A stretch of DNA of 45,701 bases from the NCBI GenBank assembly GCA_034190675.1, contig JAXHSS010000003.1, positions 1 to 45,701 on the forward strand, written 5' to 3'. The DNA comes from Pseudomonadota bacterium. GTDB taxonomy: Bacteria > Pseudomonadota > Gammaproteobacteria > Pseudomonadales > JAXHSS01. The position numbers and the translations under genes are program-made. Below the pieces are notes generated by a model, which saw only the letters and a program-made list of their open reading frames with translations, searched no databases and was not told where the DNA came from. Positions 1-9,812 of the stretch are shown here, one piece after another (within the stretch, counting starts at the first letter, position 1; each line of letters starts with the position of its first letter).

Positions 1-588
1 GAAACCAAAAACATGATGGGCGCCAAGCAGTTTGCTCAAATGAAAGACGGTTCTATTTTTATCAACGCGGCGCGTGGCACGGTAGTTGAAATCGATGCGA
101 TGGTTGAGGCGTTAGAATCTGGCAAATTGCTCGGCGGCGCTGTGGACGTTTTCCCTGTTGAGCCAAAAAATAATGACGATGAGTTTGTGTCTCCATTGCG
201 TCAATTTGACAACGTAATTTTGACCCCGCATATCGGTGGTAGCACGGTTGAAGCTCAGCAAAACATCGGTCTTGAAGTATCTGAAAAGATCATTCGATAC
301 AGCGACAATGGTTCGACCATTACCTCAGTCAACATGCCTGAAGTATCACTGCCTGCTCATAGCGGCAAACACCGTTTAATTCACATCCACCAAAACGTTC
401 CGGGCATTTTAGGCCAAATTAACTCTATTTTGTCTGAAAATAACACCAATATTGCAGCACAGTACTTGCGTACCAAAGGCGATATTGGCTATGTTGTTAT
501 TGATATCGACCAAGACAGCAACAGTGAGCAAACTTTGCGCATGTTGGCCGATATTGAAGGCACCATAAAAACTCGTGTGCTATTTTAG
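1..588 (+). CDS. serA: D-3-phosphoglycerate dehydrogenase, C-terminal part (5' end outside window)
   Basis: The frame is open from base 1. It has the 2-hydroxyacid dehydrogenase signature LTPHIGGST, followed by an ACT-like regulatory tail (HRLIHIHQNVPGILGQINSIL...GYVVIDID). Confidence 0.85.
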   Translation, partial: ETKNMMGAKQFAQMKDGSIFINAARGTVVEIDAMVEALESGKLLGGAVDVFPVEPKNNDDEFVSPLRQFDNVILTPHIGGSTVEAQQNIGLEVSEKIIRYSDNGSTITSVNMPEVSLPAHSGKHRLIHIHQNVPGILGQINSILSENNTNIAAQYLRTKGDIGYVVIDIDQDSNSEQTLRMLADIEGTIKTRVLF

Positions 589-617
589 CCACAACTACTA
601 ACTCTAAGGAACGTCGT

Positions 618-1307
618 ATGAAAGTAGCCTATTTAGAAGATGATTTGGATCAAGCACAACTCATTTCCGCTCAACTTGAAGAGCTAGGTCTTGAGTGCTC
701 ACATTTTGCCTCTTCTGAAGCACTACTCAACAACCTTTACTCAGGTGATTTTGACGGATTCATTCTTGATATCGTCCTGCCTGATATTCGCGGCACGGAT
801 GTACTAACAAGAATCCGCGATATGGAAAACACGGCTCCCGTTATCTTCGTAACGAATGAAGACAGCGAGACGCAAATCGTTACTGCATTAGAAGCCGGCG
901 CGGATGACTATATGGTTAAGCCCGTCAAAGCGCGTGAGCTCGCGGCACGCCTTAATGCTGTAGCACGCCGCTATCGCCGTGAAGAGACATCATCGATTAT
1001 TGATCTCCCGCCGTATCGCATTAACTCGACATACCGCAGTATTGAGATCAGCGGTGAACAGATCCCAATGACGCATAAAGAGTACGACTTGGCGCTATAC
1101 TTTTTCACCAATATTGGCCGCATTATTCCACGTGGAGAACTATTGGAAAAAGTTTGGGGAACAAGTCCTGATATTACGACGCGCCGCGTAGATACTCACA
1201 TTTCGCGTCTTCGCCAAAAGCTCAACATGGGCGATGAGGGCAGCGGTTGGAATCTTCACTCAATCTATCAGCATGGCTATCGTCTAGAAAAGCTAGCCGC
1301 TATTTAA
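618..1307 (+). CDS. OmpR/PhoB-family response regulator (receiver + winged helix); no cognate kinase nearby
   Basis: Receiver residues are present: EDD acidic pocket, phospho-Asp context FILDIVLPD, FVT, and VKP. The C-terminal wHTH contains RRVDTHISRLRQKL...GYRL. Confidence 0.9.
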   Translation: MKVAYLEDDLDQAQLISAQLEELGLECSHFASSEALLNNLYSGDFDGFILDIVLPDIRGTDVLTRIRDMENTAPVIFVTNEDSETQIVTALEAGADDYMVKPVKARELAARLNAVARRYRREETSSIIDLPPYRINSTYRSIEISGEQIPMTHKEYDLALYFFTNIGRIIPRGELLEKVWGTSPDITTRRVDTHISRLRQKLNMGDEGSGWNLHSIYQHGYRLEKLAAI

Positions 1308-1514
1308 TCATCATCAAACCGTTCAAGTGTTTCTGGATGCTTGAACGACTTTACTGAATAACCAAATAAACCTTATTCATCGTTTTGGGGTTTTCTAAGC
1401 CAATATCCTTATTGTCAGATAGCACTCAAAAAGCTAAAACCTTACTCTTCTTAATTTTTTAACCTGGTGATCCGCTGACTCACTCGACCCGTAAACCAAG
1501 TTTACCTTGGGATC

Positions 1515-2384
1515 TTAACTTTTTACTTCAGCGCCTTTATTGATTCCTTCAAAAGCCCGAACTCTAAACGTAGACTCTGGATAGTTCGCTTTACACTGCT
1601 TAGCAATATGCGCAGCAATATTTTCCACCGTGGTGTCTTGATCCATCAAATACGTGCAACGCGCAGGCAATGTTAGCTCAAACCGGCCTTGGGGCGCTTG
1701 ATAAGCCACGGTCCGAAGCTCAGCATCTTGCACAAGGTCTTCTTGGGTGATCAGATGGATATCACAAAAACGCTCAGCCCACAGAGACTCCAGCTGCGCA
1801 TCACGCCGTCCATCACGATAAATTTCAATCGTCGAGCGGTGGCCGTGAGCAATTCTCTGGCAATTGCCCTGATGCTTTTTCAAGCCATGAGAATAATGGT
1901 AATACGCACCATTTAATGGCTCGTTATAAAAAGATAAATCAATTGCCGTCACATTATCTGGCATTTCAGTCATCAAACGCGGAACCATTGCCTCAGCCAC
2001 TGCCTCAGGGGTAATTTCGCTTGTCGCAAGCTCAGTAAAAGCAGAAGCTGGTGCTTGAGTGGTTAGACGGTCAGCCTTGGCGAAAGCCCAGTCCACCTGC
2101 CAAAGCGCCGAGTCCTGAACTGGATCGCAGCAACCTATTGAGGCAGACTTATTGATCGATACATTTTCATGATGCATTGGCAGAAGCAGTTTATGATCCA
2201 CCCACTCATCTAAGCGCTGCTTAATGAGCTTTTTTGCTGGGCCAAAGTCAAAAATCATCCCTTGATCATCCAGCTCACCATAAAGCACAATGTCATACCA
2301 CCAGCTTTCTCCTAGTAATCCACGTTCAGGATCTAGGTAGCAAAAATCGACTTGGTTTAATTTAGCAACAAATAAGCCTGTCAT
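1515..2384 (-). CDS. 6-pyruvoyl-tetrahydropterin synthase / QueD-fold family protein (about 290 aa form)
   Basis: A single clean 289-aa ORF. The motif CQRIAHGHRSTIE resembles the Zn-binding HGH of PTPS/QueD enzymes. The assignment is from memory of the family and is not verified. Confidence 0.45.
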   Translation of the reverse strand: MTGLFVAKLNQVDFCYLDPERGLLGESWWYDIVLYGELDDQGMIFDFGPAKKLIKQRLDEWVDHKLLLPMHHENVSINKSASIGCCDPVQDSALWQVDWAFAKADRLTTQAPASAFTELATSEITPEAVAEAMVPRLMTEMPDNVTAIDLSFYNEPLNGAYYHYSHGLKKHQGNCQRIAHGHRSTIEIYRDGRRDAQLESLWAERFCDIHLITQEDLVQDAELRTVAYQAPQGRFELTLPARCTYLMDQDTTVENIAAHIAKQCKANYPESTFRVRAFEGINKGAEVKS

Positions 2385-2657
2385 TACTCATCAAATTACG
2401 ATCAACGGAACCGACAGTATACATTGAATTTAATCAGTAATCTGAACACAGATCGCTTTTCTTTGTGTAGGTTATCCGCCGCAACAAAAGCATTCAAACC
2501 TATTGTTGAGATGGCCAGCTTGCCAGCAACGCCTACTATGTTACGCAACATAACCATTTTAATTGCTTGTTTTGACATTCTCGTCAAGACTTTGTATCCT
2601 ATTTCAGGCATGAGTTACTCGATCTGTAACTTAGCAACTCACAACAAGGTGAATTAA

Positions 2658-4151
2658 ATGGCTTTAGATATTATTTTTCTTGATGGTTCAGGTGCTGGCG
2701 GCGGCGGCGGCGATGTCGAAACAGGCTTTTTTCGTGACGATACAGCCGATGGTGGTGACGGTGGTAATGGTGCAGGGCAATCTGAAACATTTACCATCAA
2801 CGACGATCGATCATCATCCATTATATTTGGTGATGGCGCAGGCGGCGGCGGTGGAGAATCAGCTGAGCCTGCAGGAGACTCAGGTACACCAGGAAACGGT
2901 GGACTTGCCGGTGGTGGTGATGACGTAATCACAGGCACCTCTGGCAACGATATTATTTTTGGTGACGCCTATAATGGCCAAGACGCCACAACTGCTGACG
3001 CTGGTCTTGCTGGGATCTTGGGCGGAGGCAATGGCGGAGATGGCGGTAATGACGGTGCAAGTGATGGCTCGGACGCTTACGGTGCAACAGACGCTAGAGC
3101 ACTGGGCGGCTCAGCTGGCGACCCAGCCGAAGACGGCCAAGACGGTACTAACGGTGCGTTCTTTCTAGACGGTAGTAATACAACCGTTACTGAACTTTAT
3201 GACGAATTGTCATCAAACCTTGAAGCCATTGTTAATATGACGTATTCAAGTACAACGCTTGGAACATCTCAAGAAGGTGAAGGCGCTGGTGCAGATACCC
3301 TCGATGGCGGAGCAGGTGATGATCAGTTGATCGGCAACGGTGGCGGTGATTCATTCATTACAGACATGAGAGATGATGACGGCACAACAGACACTATCTT
3401 GGACTATGATAGCTCAGAAGGTGACACGATCACCATTATTGATGAAAGCGGTGCGTCTATCGCCATCGATACGCTTTACACACCCGATGCAAATGCAGCA
3501 ACAACTGGTACTGAAAATGTTGGGGACGATGGTGTTGTTTATTTAGCAGACGGTTCACAATTGGTGATCAAGAACTTCCAGTTCCAGAATGAAGCGCCTT
3601 GCTTCGTGACTGGTACATTAATCAACACAGCTGAAGGCCAAAAAGCCATTGAGTCCCTAAGCATTGGCGACTCGGTTTGTACTACTGATGGTCAATTAGA
3701 AACCATTAAGTGGATTGGCAAACGTGCTGTTGCAGCTCGCTTTGCTGGTGCACATAACCAGCCTATCTGCATTCAAGCAGGAGCATTAGCTCAAGGCTCG
3801 CCAGCTCGTGACTTATACGTTTCACCGGATCATGCACTCTTTATTGACGGCGTATTGGTTCAAGCTCAGGCGCTTGTGAACGGCAGCACCATCACGCAAG
3901 TTGAGATGACGGCTGATTTCACTTATTACCATATTGAGCTGGATCGTCATGCGCTGATCTTTGCCGAAGGCGCTGAGACAGAAACCTTTGTTGATGCTCA
4001 GGCTCGCGGCAAGTTTGATAACGCGGCTGAGTTTGAAGCGCTATACCCTGCAGCAAAAGCTGTGGCGGCGATGCCTTATCCTCGTGTTAAAGCCAAACGT
4101 CAGCTACCCGCTGCGATTAAAGCGAAGCTGAAACAGATAAAAACCGCTTAA
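2658..4151 (+). CDS. Gly/Asp-rich RTX-like repeat protein with C-terminal Hint (bacterial intein-like, Hint_2-type) domain
   Basis: RBS aaggtg lies 8 nt upstream of the ATG and an in-frame TAA lies just upstream. The N-terminal half has repeated IIFGDG(A)GGGG and GGAGDDQLIGNGGGD (hemolysin-type Ca-binding-like) motifs. The C-terminal part starts at Cys in APCFVTGTLINTAEGQKAIESLSIGDSV...IKWIGKR and ends with YYHIELDRHALIFAEGAETETF, typical of Hint_2 domains. No Sec signal peptide is present. Confidence 0.8.
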   Translation: MALDIIFLDGSGAGGGGGDVETGFFRDDTADGGDGGNGAGQSETFTINDDRSSSIIFGDGAGGGGGESAEPAGDSGTPGNGGLAGGGDDVITGTSGNDIIFGDAYNGQDATTADAGLAGILGGGNGGDGGNDGASDGSDAYGATDARALGGSAGDPAEDGQDGTNGAFFLDGSNTTVTELYDELSSNLEAIVNMTYSSTTLGTSQEGEGAGADTLDGGAGDDQLIGNGGGDSFITDMRDDDGTTDTILDYDSSEGDTITIIDESGASIAIDTLYTPDANAATTGTENVGDDGVVYLADGSQLVIKNFQFQNEAPCFVTGTLINTAEGQKAIESLSIGDSVCTTDGQLETIKWIGKRAVAARFAGAHNQPICIQAGALAQGSPARDLYVSPDHALFIDGVLVQAQALVNGSTITQVEMTADFTYYHIELDRHALIFAEGAETETFVDAQARGKFDNAAEFEALYPAAKAVAAMPYPRVKAKRQLPAAIKAKLKQIKTA

Positions 4152-4172
4152 ATAATACGCGTTTTATCCCAT

Positions 4173-4203
4173 AAAAAAGCCCAGCTAACGCTGGGCTTTT
4201 TTT
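4173..4203. terminator. Bidirectional intrinsic terminator between convergent Hint-protein gene and erpA
   Basis: The hairpin is agcccagc-taac-gctgggct, flanked by an A-run on one side and a T-run on the other. Confidence 0.7.
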
Positions 4204-4227
4204 GTGCGCATGAATCTATATTTAAGG

Positions 4228-4563
4228 CTAAATCGAGAACGAAGAGCCGCAACCACAGGTTGTTGTTGCATTGGGGTTGTTAATAACGAAACGAGAACCC
4301 ATTAGGTTTTCTTGATAATCCAGCTCGGAGCCATCTAGGTATTGGATACTCAGGGAGTCTACAACGACCTTTACGTCACCATTTTCAACCACGGTATCCA
4401 TATCGTTGACTTGATCGTCAAACTTAAAACCATAAGAGAAGCCTGCACAGCCACCACCGGTGATATACACACGCAGATTTAGGCCCGTATTTTGCTCTTC
4501 TTTGCCGAGCTGTTGTAATTTATCAACAGCTGAACCTGTTACTTGAATTGCTGCATCACTCAT
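4228..4563 (-). CDS. erpA: Iron-sulfur cluster insertion protein ErpA (HesB/IscA family)
   Basis: 111 aa. It has the [11 protein letters not shown] motif and the C-terminal CGCGSSFSI motif. Confidence 0.9.
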   Translation of the reverse strand: MSDAAIQVTGSAVDKLQQLGKEEQNTGLNLRVYITGGGCAGFSYGFKFDDQVNDMDTVVENGDVKVVVDSLSIQYLDGSELDYQENLMGSRFVINNPNATTTCGCGSSFSI

Positions 4564-4635
4564 ACTTTTCTTTCATTCTAACAATTTGTACTTATGCCTT
4601 AGATCTCAATATTGAGTCAGAGTTCGCTGGGTCAC

Positions 4636-5148
4636 TTAAACTTTCAAAGCCGCTGCTGCTATTGACGCTTCTGAAAGAGATTCCGACTTTTTTTCAGCTA
4701 CAGAACCTTTCGCTAAGGGCGCTTTGCCAGCTGAAGGCTCCTCACTTGCTGAAGACTCCTCACTTGCTGAAGGCTCTGCAATACCGTTGGGCTTAAACTC
4801 ATCAATATGAATCATTTGCCCACTCACTTTTGCACCCTGAGCCATTTCCAGTACATTATAATGGATATCACCCAAAATGAAGGCATTGGCAGCCAGCTCA
4901 ATTCGACCACCGCAAACATTACCGTTCACCGTGCCGTTGATAGAGATAACCGAAACATGCACATTGCCCTGCACTTCAGCCTGCTCTCTGAGCGCTAGCT
5001 CAGAATCTTCAGTTCCGCCTGAAACATTACCTACAATTTTACCATGTACGTCAAGCGCTTCAACAAATGCAATATCACCTCTGATTTCCATATCCTCTGA
5101 AATAGTAGAAAAATGCGCGGCCTTGCGTTTTCTATTTAACATACTCAT
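4636..5148 (-). CDS. Bactofilin-family polymer-forming protein with Ser/Glu-rich repetitive C-terminal tail
   Basis: Beta-helical repeat pattern (G.I.GNV, INGTVNGNV, ILGDIHY). The start overlaps the stop of the upstream gene (ATGA). Confidence 0.75.
   Translation of the reverse strand: MSMLNRKRKAAHFSTISEDMEIRGDIAFVEALDVHGKIVGNVSGGTEDSELALREQAEVQGNVHVSVISINGTVNGNVCGGRIELAANAFILGDIHYNVLEMAQGAKVSGQMIHIDEFKPNGIAEPSASEESSASEEPSAGKAPLAKGSVAEKKSESLSEASIAAAALKV
4731..4776. repeat. 18-bp tandem repeat, about 2.5 copies, inside bactofilin tail
   Basis: The sequence reads ctgaaggctcctcacttg / ctgaagactcctcacttg / ctgaaggctc. It encodes the EPSASEESSASEEPSAG segment. Confidence 0.9.
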
Positions 5149-5828
5149 GGGATAACCACCTCATCTTGCCAAGGATACGATTTGGTCACACTCATCCGAC
5201 TTGGTGTTTTTACATCAACCTGAACATTAATTTGCTCAGGAAGAAAGCCTGACGAAAGCGTGATCGTACCTTCCAGTTCTTCAAAATAACGAAACCCAAA
5301 CTTTCGGCTTTTCTTGCCTGATTCAACCAATTCAGCAAACTCAATCACAGATGGAATCGTATCGCCTGCTTCAAGGCGAGTGCCAACGATAGAAAATGCA
5401 AGTTCACCCGCTGTTTTCGGGTAGCCATCTATATTTTGAGTCAACGTAATGGAATAGACATACTGGCCAGCAACACTGCTCGGCTTAAGGCGAAGATCCT
5501 TAATAATCAAGCCATCATCGGCTTGTTGAGGCTCCAGAATGTTTTTATAAAAGCGTAAATTATTACGCAATTCCGTCAGCTCGGTTTCGTAACGTTTATT
5601 CTCGTCTTTGATCAGACCGACCGCCTCTTGGCTAATCGTCGCATCGTATTGCAGCTGTTTGACCTGCTGATTCAGTCCATCAATTCGTTCTTGATAGACG
5701 AGGCATTCAGCCTCAGGGTCAGTATCCGTTGCCAACCAGAAAATACTCAGCGCCCAAAAAGTGGCCGCACCAAAAACAAAACCAAAAAAAGCGATCAACG
5801 GCGCTTTTTTATCCGTGCTTCGTTTCAT
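5145..5828 (-). CDS. Membrane-anchored coiled-coil protein, conserved partner of bactofilin between argC and erpA
   Basis: One N-terminal TM helix (LIAFFGFVFGAATFWALSIFWL) followed by a coiled-coil segment. Its start overlaps the argC stop (TAATG). Function is unknown. Confidence 0.6.
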   Translation of the reverse strand: MKRSTDKKAPLIAFFGFVFGAATFWALSIFWLATDTDPEAECLVYQERIDGLNQQVKQLQYDATISQEAVGLIKDENKRYETELTELRNNLRFYKNILEPQQADDGLIIKDLRLKPSSVAGQYVYSITLTQNIDGYPKTAGELAFSIVGTRLEAGDTIPSVIEFAELVESGKKSRKFGFRYFEELEGTITLSSGFLPEQINVQVDVKTPSRMSVTKSYPWQDEVVIP

Positions 5829-6859
5829 TATGGCACCATTGCTATGCTATTGATACCCTCGTATTCATCAAATGAATAGCTCACGTTAAAACACTGAATT
5901 GCCTGACCTGCTGCACCTTTCACCAAATTATCTATCACCGAAAACACTACAAGTTGCTGTTTTTCAGGTTTAGGCATCACCGAAAGCTGGCAAAAATTAC
6001 TGCCACGAACATGGCGTGTCTCAGGCGCTTGCCCCTGAGCGAGCACCTTAACAAAGTGCTGATCACTGTAGGCTTGCTCATAGACAGCTTGCCAGTCGGT
6101 CTCGCCCGTCAACGTCAAATAGCAGGTTGCCTCAATACCGCGAATCATTGGGGCTAAATGCGGCATAAAAGTGACCGGTGTAGCCTGTTGGCCAAATAGC
6201 GCTGTACCTTGCTCAATTTCTGGCTCATGGCGATGCCCGGCCAGAGCATAGGGCTTCATGCTCTCGGATGCTTCGCATACATGAAAAGGTAGGCTGGCTT
6301 TTCGTCCCCCGCCACTAACACCCGTCTTGCAGTCGGCGATAATGCTTTGCTCTGCGACCAAACCCGTTTTTAACGCAGGAAGAATCGCTAATTGCACCGC
6401 CGTTGGATAACAGCCTGGCACAGCAATTAACTGCGCACCTTTTAATGCATCACGATTATGCTCGACCAAGCCATAAACGGCTTGCTCGATATATTCTGGC
6501 GCTCCATGAGGCTGGCCGTACCAACGCTCCCACAGCGTTTGATCTTTAATACGAAAATCGGCGGATAAATCAATTACCCGTAAACCCGCTTCCAAAAACT
6601 GGCTGGCATATTTATGCGCCGTTCCATGCGGTGTAGCAAAAAACACAACATCGCAGTCCAGAACACGTGAATCATCAGGATCAATAAAAACTAAATCATC
6701 ATAATGACCGAAAAACTGCGGAAATAAGTCCGTTAATGGCTTGCCCGCCTCACCACGAGACGTAACCGCTGTAACGGTCACCTTCGAGTGGTTGGCAAGA
6801 AGTCTTAGCAACTCTTGGCCAGTGTAGCCTGTTGCACCAATAATGACTGCTTTTAGCAC
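5828..6859 (-). CDS. argC: N-acetyl-gamma-glutamyl-phosphate reductase
   Basis: N-terminal IIGATGYTGQEL Rossmann motif and the active-site motif AVPGCYPTA. Length is 343 aa. Confidence 0.95.
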   Translation of the reverse strand: MLKAVIIGATGYTGQELLRLLANHSKVTVTAVTSRGEAGKPLTDLFPQFFGHYDDLVFIDPDDSRVLDCDVVFFATPHGTAHKYASQFLEAGLRVIDLSADFRIKDQTLWERWYGQPHGAPEYIEQAVYGLVEHNRDALKGAQLIAVPGCYPTAVQLAILPALKTGLVAEQSIIADCKTGVSGGGRKASLPFHVCEASESMKPYALAGHRHEPEIEQGTALFGQQATPVTFMPHLAPMIRGIEATCYLTLTGETDWQAVYEQAYSDQHFVKVLAQGQAPETRHVRGSNFCQLSVMPKPEKQQLVVFSVIDNLVKGAAGQAIQCFNVSYSFDEYEGINSIAMVP

Positions 6860-6934
6860 AGCGATCTCCGCAAAATCAATGGAACTTAGTATTCTAGCGG
6901 ATATAATAAAATTTTCATCGCAGAATTTACAATT

Positions 6935-7675
6935 ATGGCCGCCGTGCTATGCTTTTCAGGTGTGGATCCTTCAGGGGGTGCGGGATTAATCGCCGATATT
7001 GAAACGCTTCACCACTTGGGCGTCACCAATGTTGCGATTCCAACCGCAATGACCGCTCAAAACAGTCATCAAGCCCAAGGCTTTTGGCCAACAGAACCTG
7101 TCGTTATGCGCCAAATGATCGACACCCTGCTGGCAGACAAGCTACCGATTACTGTGATTAAAATTGGCATGATCGGCAATCTAAGTGTGCTCGAGCAAAT
7201 TCTTTATGCAATTGAACAGCTGCCAAACGCCAAGGTCATCTACGATCCTGTTTTGTTGGCCAGCGCGGGCAATGCATTAGTAGAACCCGAACTTCAGCAG
7301 CCCATTGGCGAGCGATTATTACCCCTCTGCGAGCTGATCACACCGAACCATTATGAGCAACAGGTTTTCGCCCCTTTTCTGATCGCAATTTGCCATCAAA
7401 ACCCACCAGCTCAGTTATTAACAGGCGGCCACGGTCAACATAACCAACAGATCATCAGCCAATTGAAAGCCGCAGGCTATCGTACAGCATTCATTCATCC
7501 ACGCTTAGCCGTAGATGTTCGTGGCACAGGCTGCATGCTGTCATCGGCGATCGCGGGTTATCTTTGTCTTGGTCAAGACCTAAGACAAGCGATTCAATCT
7601 GCGCATCAATTTGCTCATCATGCTATCCGTCAAAGCTATGATTTTGGCCAAGGAAGTCGCCGTGCCATGCGCTAG
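6935..7675 (+). CDS. thiD: Hydroxymethylpyrimidine/phosphomethylpyrimidine kinase
   Basis: Motifs GVDPSGGAGLIADI and GTGCMLSSAIA. It sits directly upstream of thiE. Confidence 0.85.
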   Translation: MAAVLCFSGVDPSGGAGLIADIETLHHLGVTNVAIPTAMTAQNSHQAQGFWPTEPVVMRQMIDTLLADKLPITVIKIGMIGNLSVLEQILYAIEQLPNAKVIYDPVLLASAGNALVEPELQQPIGERLLPLCELITPNHYEQQVFAPFLIAICHQNPPAQLLTGGHGQHNQQIISQLKAAGYRTAFIHPRLAVDVRGTGCMLSSAIAGYLCLGQDLRQAIQSAHQFAHHAIRQSYDFGQGSRRAMR

Positions 7676-7728
7676 CTCCCATTTAATCCTTTATGCCTGC
7701 CTTAAGCCGTGCACAGTGAGCGCCTCAC

Positions 7729-8367
7729 ATGAATAACCTCAAGCCGGCAGACCGTATCGCAGGAATCTATGCGATTACCACGCAATACCAAGCCTCCCCT
7801 AGCTGGTATCAGCGTATCGAGCTTGCCCTTCAGCTGGGCATCGACCTGCTTCAATTTCGCAGCAAACAACTGGAAAACGAGCACCGTTACCTGATTGCCA
7901 GCCAGCTAGCCGAGCTGTGCCAAAGCTATAATACGCCATTGATCATCAATGACGATATTGCTCTTGCTCGGGCTGTTCACGCCCAAGGTGTTCACTTAGG
8001 CCAAGGCGATGGCAGTATTGCCCATGCCAAAGTGCTGCTGGGCGAGCAGGCTATTATTGGACGCACATGTCATGCCGATCTAACCCTAGCGCTTGAAGCG
8101 CAAGACGAAGGCGCCAGCTATGTTGCTTTTGGGCAGGTATATCCTTCTCAGTCAAAAGTCTCGGCGCATCGCGCTAGCTTGGAATTTCTTGAACAGGCCA
8201 GACAAGAGATCACTATTCCAATTGTAGCCATTGGCGGCATCACCGCATTAAATGCCCGCGATGTTATCGACACTGGCGTGGATAGCTTGGCTTTGATTAA
8301 TGGTGTCTGGGCAGGTGATCTCACAAAAAATTTACAGGCCTTGAGAAAGGCTTGGTTAAGCGAATAG
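7729..8367 (+). CDS. thiE: Thiamine-phosphate synthase
   Basis: Motifs LQFRSK, INDDIALA, HLGQGD and IVAIGGI. Length is 212 aa. Confidence 0.9.
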   Translation: MNNLKPADRIAGIYAITTQYQASPSWYQRIELALQLGIDLLQFRSKQLENEHRYLIASQLAELCQSYNTPLIINDDIALARAVHAQGVHLGQGDGSIAHAKVLLGEQAIIGRTCHADLTLALEAQDEGASYVAFGQVYPSQSKVSAHRASLEFLEQARQEITIPIVAIGGITALNARDVIDTGVDSLALINGVWAGDLTKNLQALRKAWLSE

Positions 8368-8413
8368 CTTTCGCTAAACTTTTATCCATTACTAGTCAGT
8401 AGAACCTCTTCCT

Positions 8414-9736
8414 ATGACCGAACACATAAGCTCTAATTTAGCGTCTCGCGACCAATCAGCGAGCGCAATGAAAACCGCCTTTGAACTTGCGCAAAAGCAT
8501 ATTCCTGGCGGCGTAAACTCCCCTGTACGCGCATTTAAAAGTGTAGGCGGAACACCTACCTTTGTTTCGCGTGCCGACGGCGCCTATTTGTACGACATCA
8601 ATAACAACCCCTATATTGATTATGTTCTATCTTGGGGACCCATGATTTTAGGACATAACCACCCCGTCATTCGTGAAGCCGTTGAAAAAGCGGTTAAGGA
8701 TGGTCTGAGCTATGGCGCTCCAACACTACAAGAAACCGAGATGGCTGACCTAGTTTGTCAGCTTGTACCCTCGCTTGATCAAGTTCGAATGGTGAACTCA
8801 GGAACTGAAGCCACCATGAGCGCCCTGCGTCTGGCACGTGGCTATACGGGCCGAGATGCCTTGGTTAAGTTTAAAGGCTGTTATCATGGTCATGGCGACT
8901 CTTTTCTTGTCGAAGCAGGTTCTGGCGCATTAACACTGGGTGTGCCTAATTCACCCGGCGTGCCCAGCGCCTTAGCTGAGCTAACTTATACGCTGGATTA
9001 CAATAATAGCGAACAAGTCCGTGAGTTTTTTGCTCAAAAAGGCGATCAAATTGCCGCCGTTATTGTTGAGCCGATGGCAGGTAATATGAACTTTGTGCCC
9101 GCTAAGACTGAGTTCTTACAAACCCTGCGAGATGTATGTGACCAATCAGGTGCTGTCTTAATTTTTGACGAAGTCATGACGGGATTTCGCGTCGCCCTAG
9201 GTGGAGCGCAAGCTTACTATAAGATACTGCCCGACCTAACTACATTGGGCAAGGTGATCGGAGGCGGTATGCCCGTTGGCGCCTTTGGCGGAAAACGTGA
9301 CATCATGGCAAAACTCGCGCCAGAAGGCCCCGTTTATCAGGCGGGCACCTTATCCGGCAACCCTATTGCTATGGCAGCCGGTAAAGCGTGTTTGAATTAC
9401 CTGCAGTTCCATACCAGCCTATACGAACAACTTGAAGCACAGGCGCGCAAGCTCTTGAGCGGCATGAAAGCCATTGCCGATAGCAAAGGCATCGGTTTTG
9501 AATATAACTGCGCTGGTAGCATGTTCGGGTTTTATTTTACTGACTTAGCGGAAGTCAATAGCTTCGATGATGTACAAAAAGGCCATGCTGAGCGCTTTAA
9601 TCGCTTTTTCCACCACATGTTAAACCACGGCGTTTATCTAGCGCCGTCTTTATACGAAGCGGGCTTTATTTCAATCGCCCATACGGATGAGCTGATTGAA
9701 CAAACGCTAAGCGCGTTCAGAAGCTTTGAGGCATAA
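8414..9736 (+). CDS. hemL: Glutamate-1-semialdehyde 2,1-aminomutase
   Basis: Motifs [36 protein letters not shown] and GTLSGNP. The true start may be the internal ATG at 8468 ([15 protein letters not shown]). Confidence 0.95.
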   Translation: MTEHISSNLASRDQSASAMKTAFELAQKHIPGGVNSPVRAFKSVGGTPTFVSRADGAYLYDINNNPYIDYVLSWGPMILGHNHPVIREAVEKAVKDGLSYGAPTLQETEMADLVCQLVPSLDQVRMVNSGTEATMSALRLARGYTGRDALVKFKGCYHGHGDSFLVEAGSGALTLGVPNSPGVPSALAELTYTLDYNNSEQVREFFAQKGDQIAAVIVEPMAGNMNFVPAKTEFLQTLRDVCDQSGAVLIFDEVMTGFRVALGGAQAYYKILPDLTTLGKVIGGGMPVGAFGGKRDIMAKLAPEGPVYQAGTLSGNPIAMAAGKACLNYLQFHTSLYEQLEAQARKLLSGMKAIADSKGIGFEYNCAGSMFGFYFTDLAEVNSFDDVQKGHAERFNRFFHHMLNHGVYLAPSLYEAGFISIAHTDELIEQTLSAFRSFEA

Positions 9737-9762
9737 ACCAAAAAACCTAAAACAAAGTTAAC

Positions 9763-9790
9763 AGCGCAGAAGCATTTGCTTCTGCGCTTT
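9763..9790. terminator. Hairpin terminator between convergent hemL and MAPEG gene
   Basis: The hairpin is agcgcagaagca-tt-tgcttctgcgct, followed by ttt. Confidence 0.55.
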
Positions 9791-9812
9791 ACGCTAGCCT
9801 TAAACTGGCCTT

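Noticed and set aside
2654-3168. Antisense Pro-rich ORF (2654-2947, minus strand) and same-strand alternate-frame ORFs (2680-2928, 2959-3168) inside the RTX-like gene.
   Set aside because: They are shadow frames produced by the GGN/GAY-rich repeat coding sequence. The antisense product (PPPPAP) is low-complexity, there are no RBSs, and all three lie entirely within a gene that has clear domain content.
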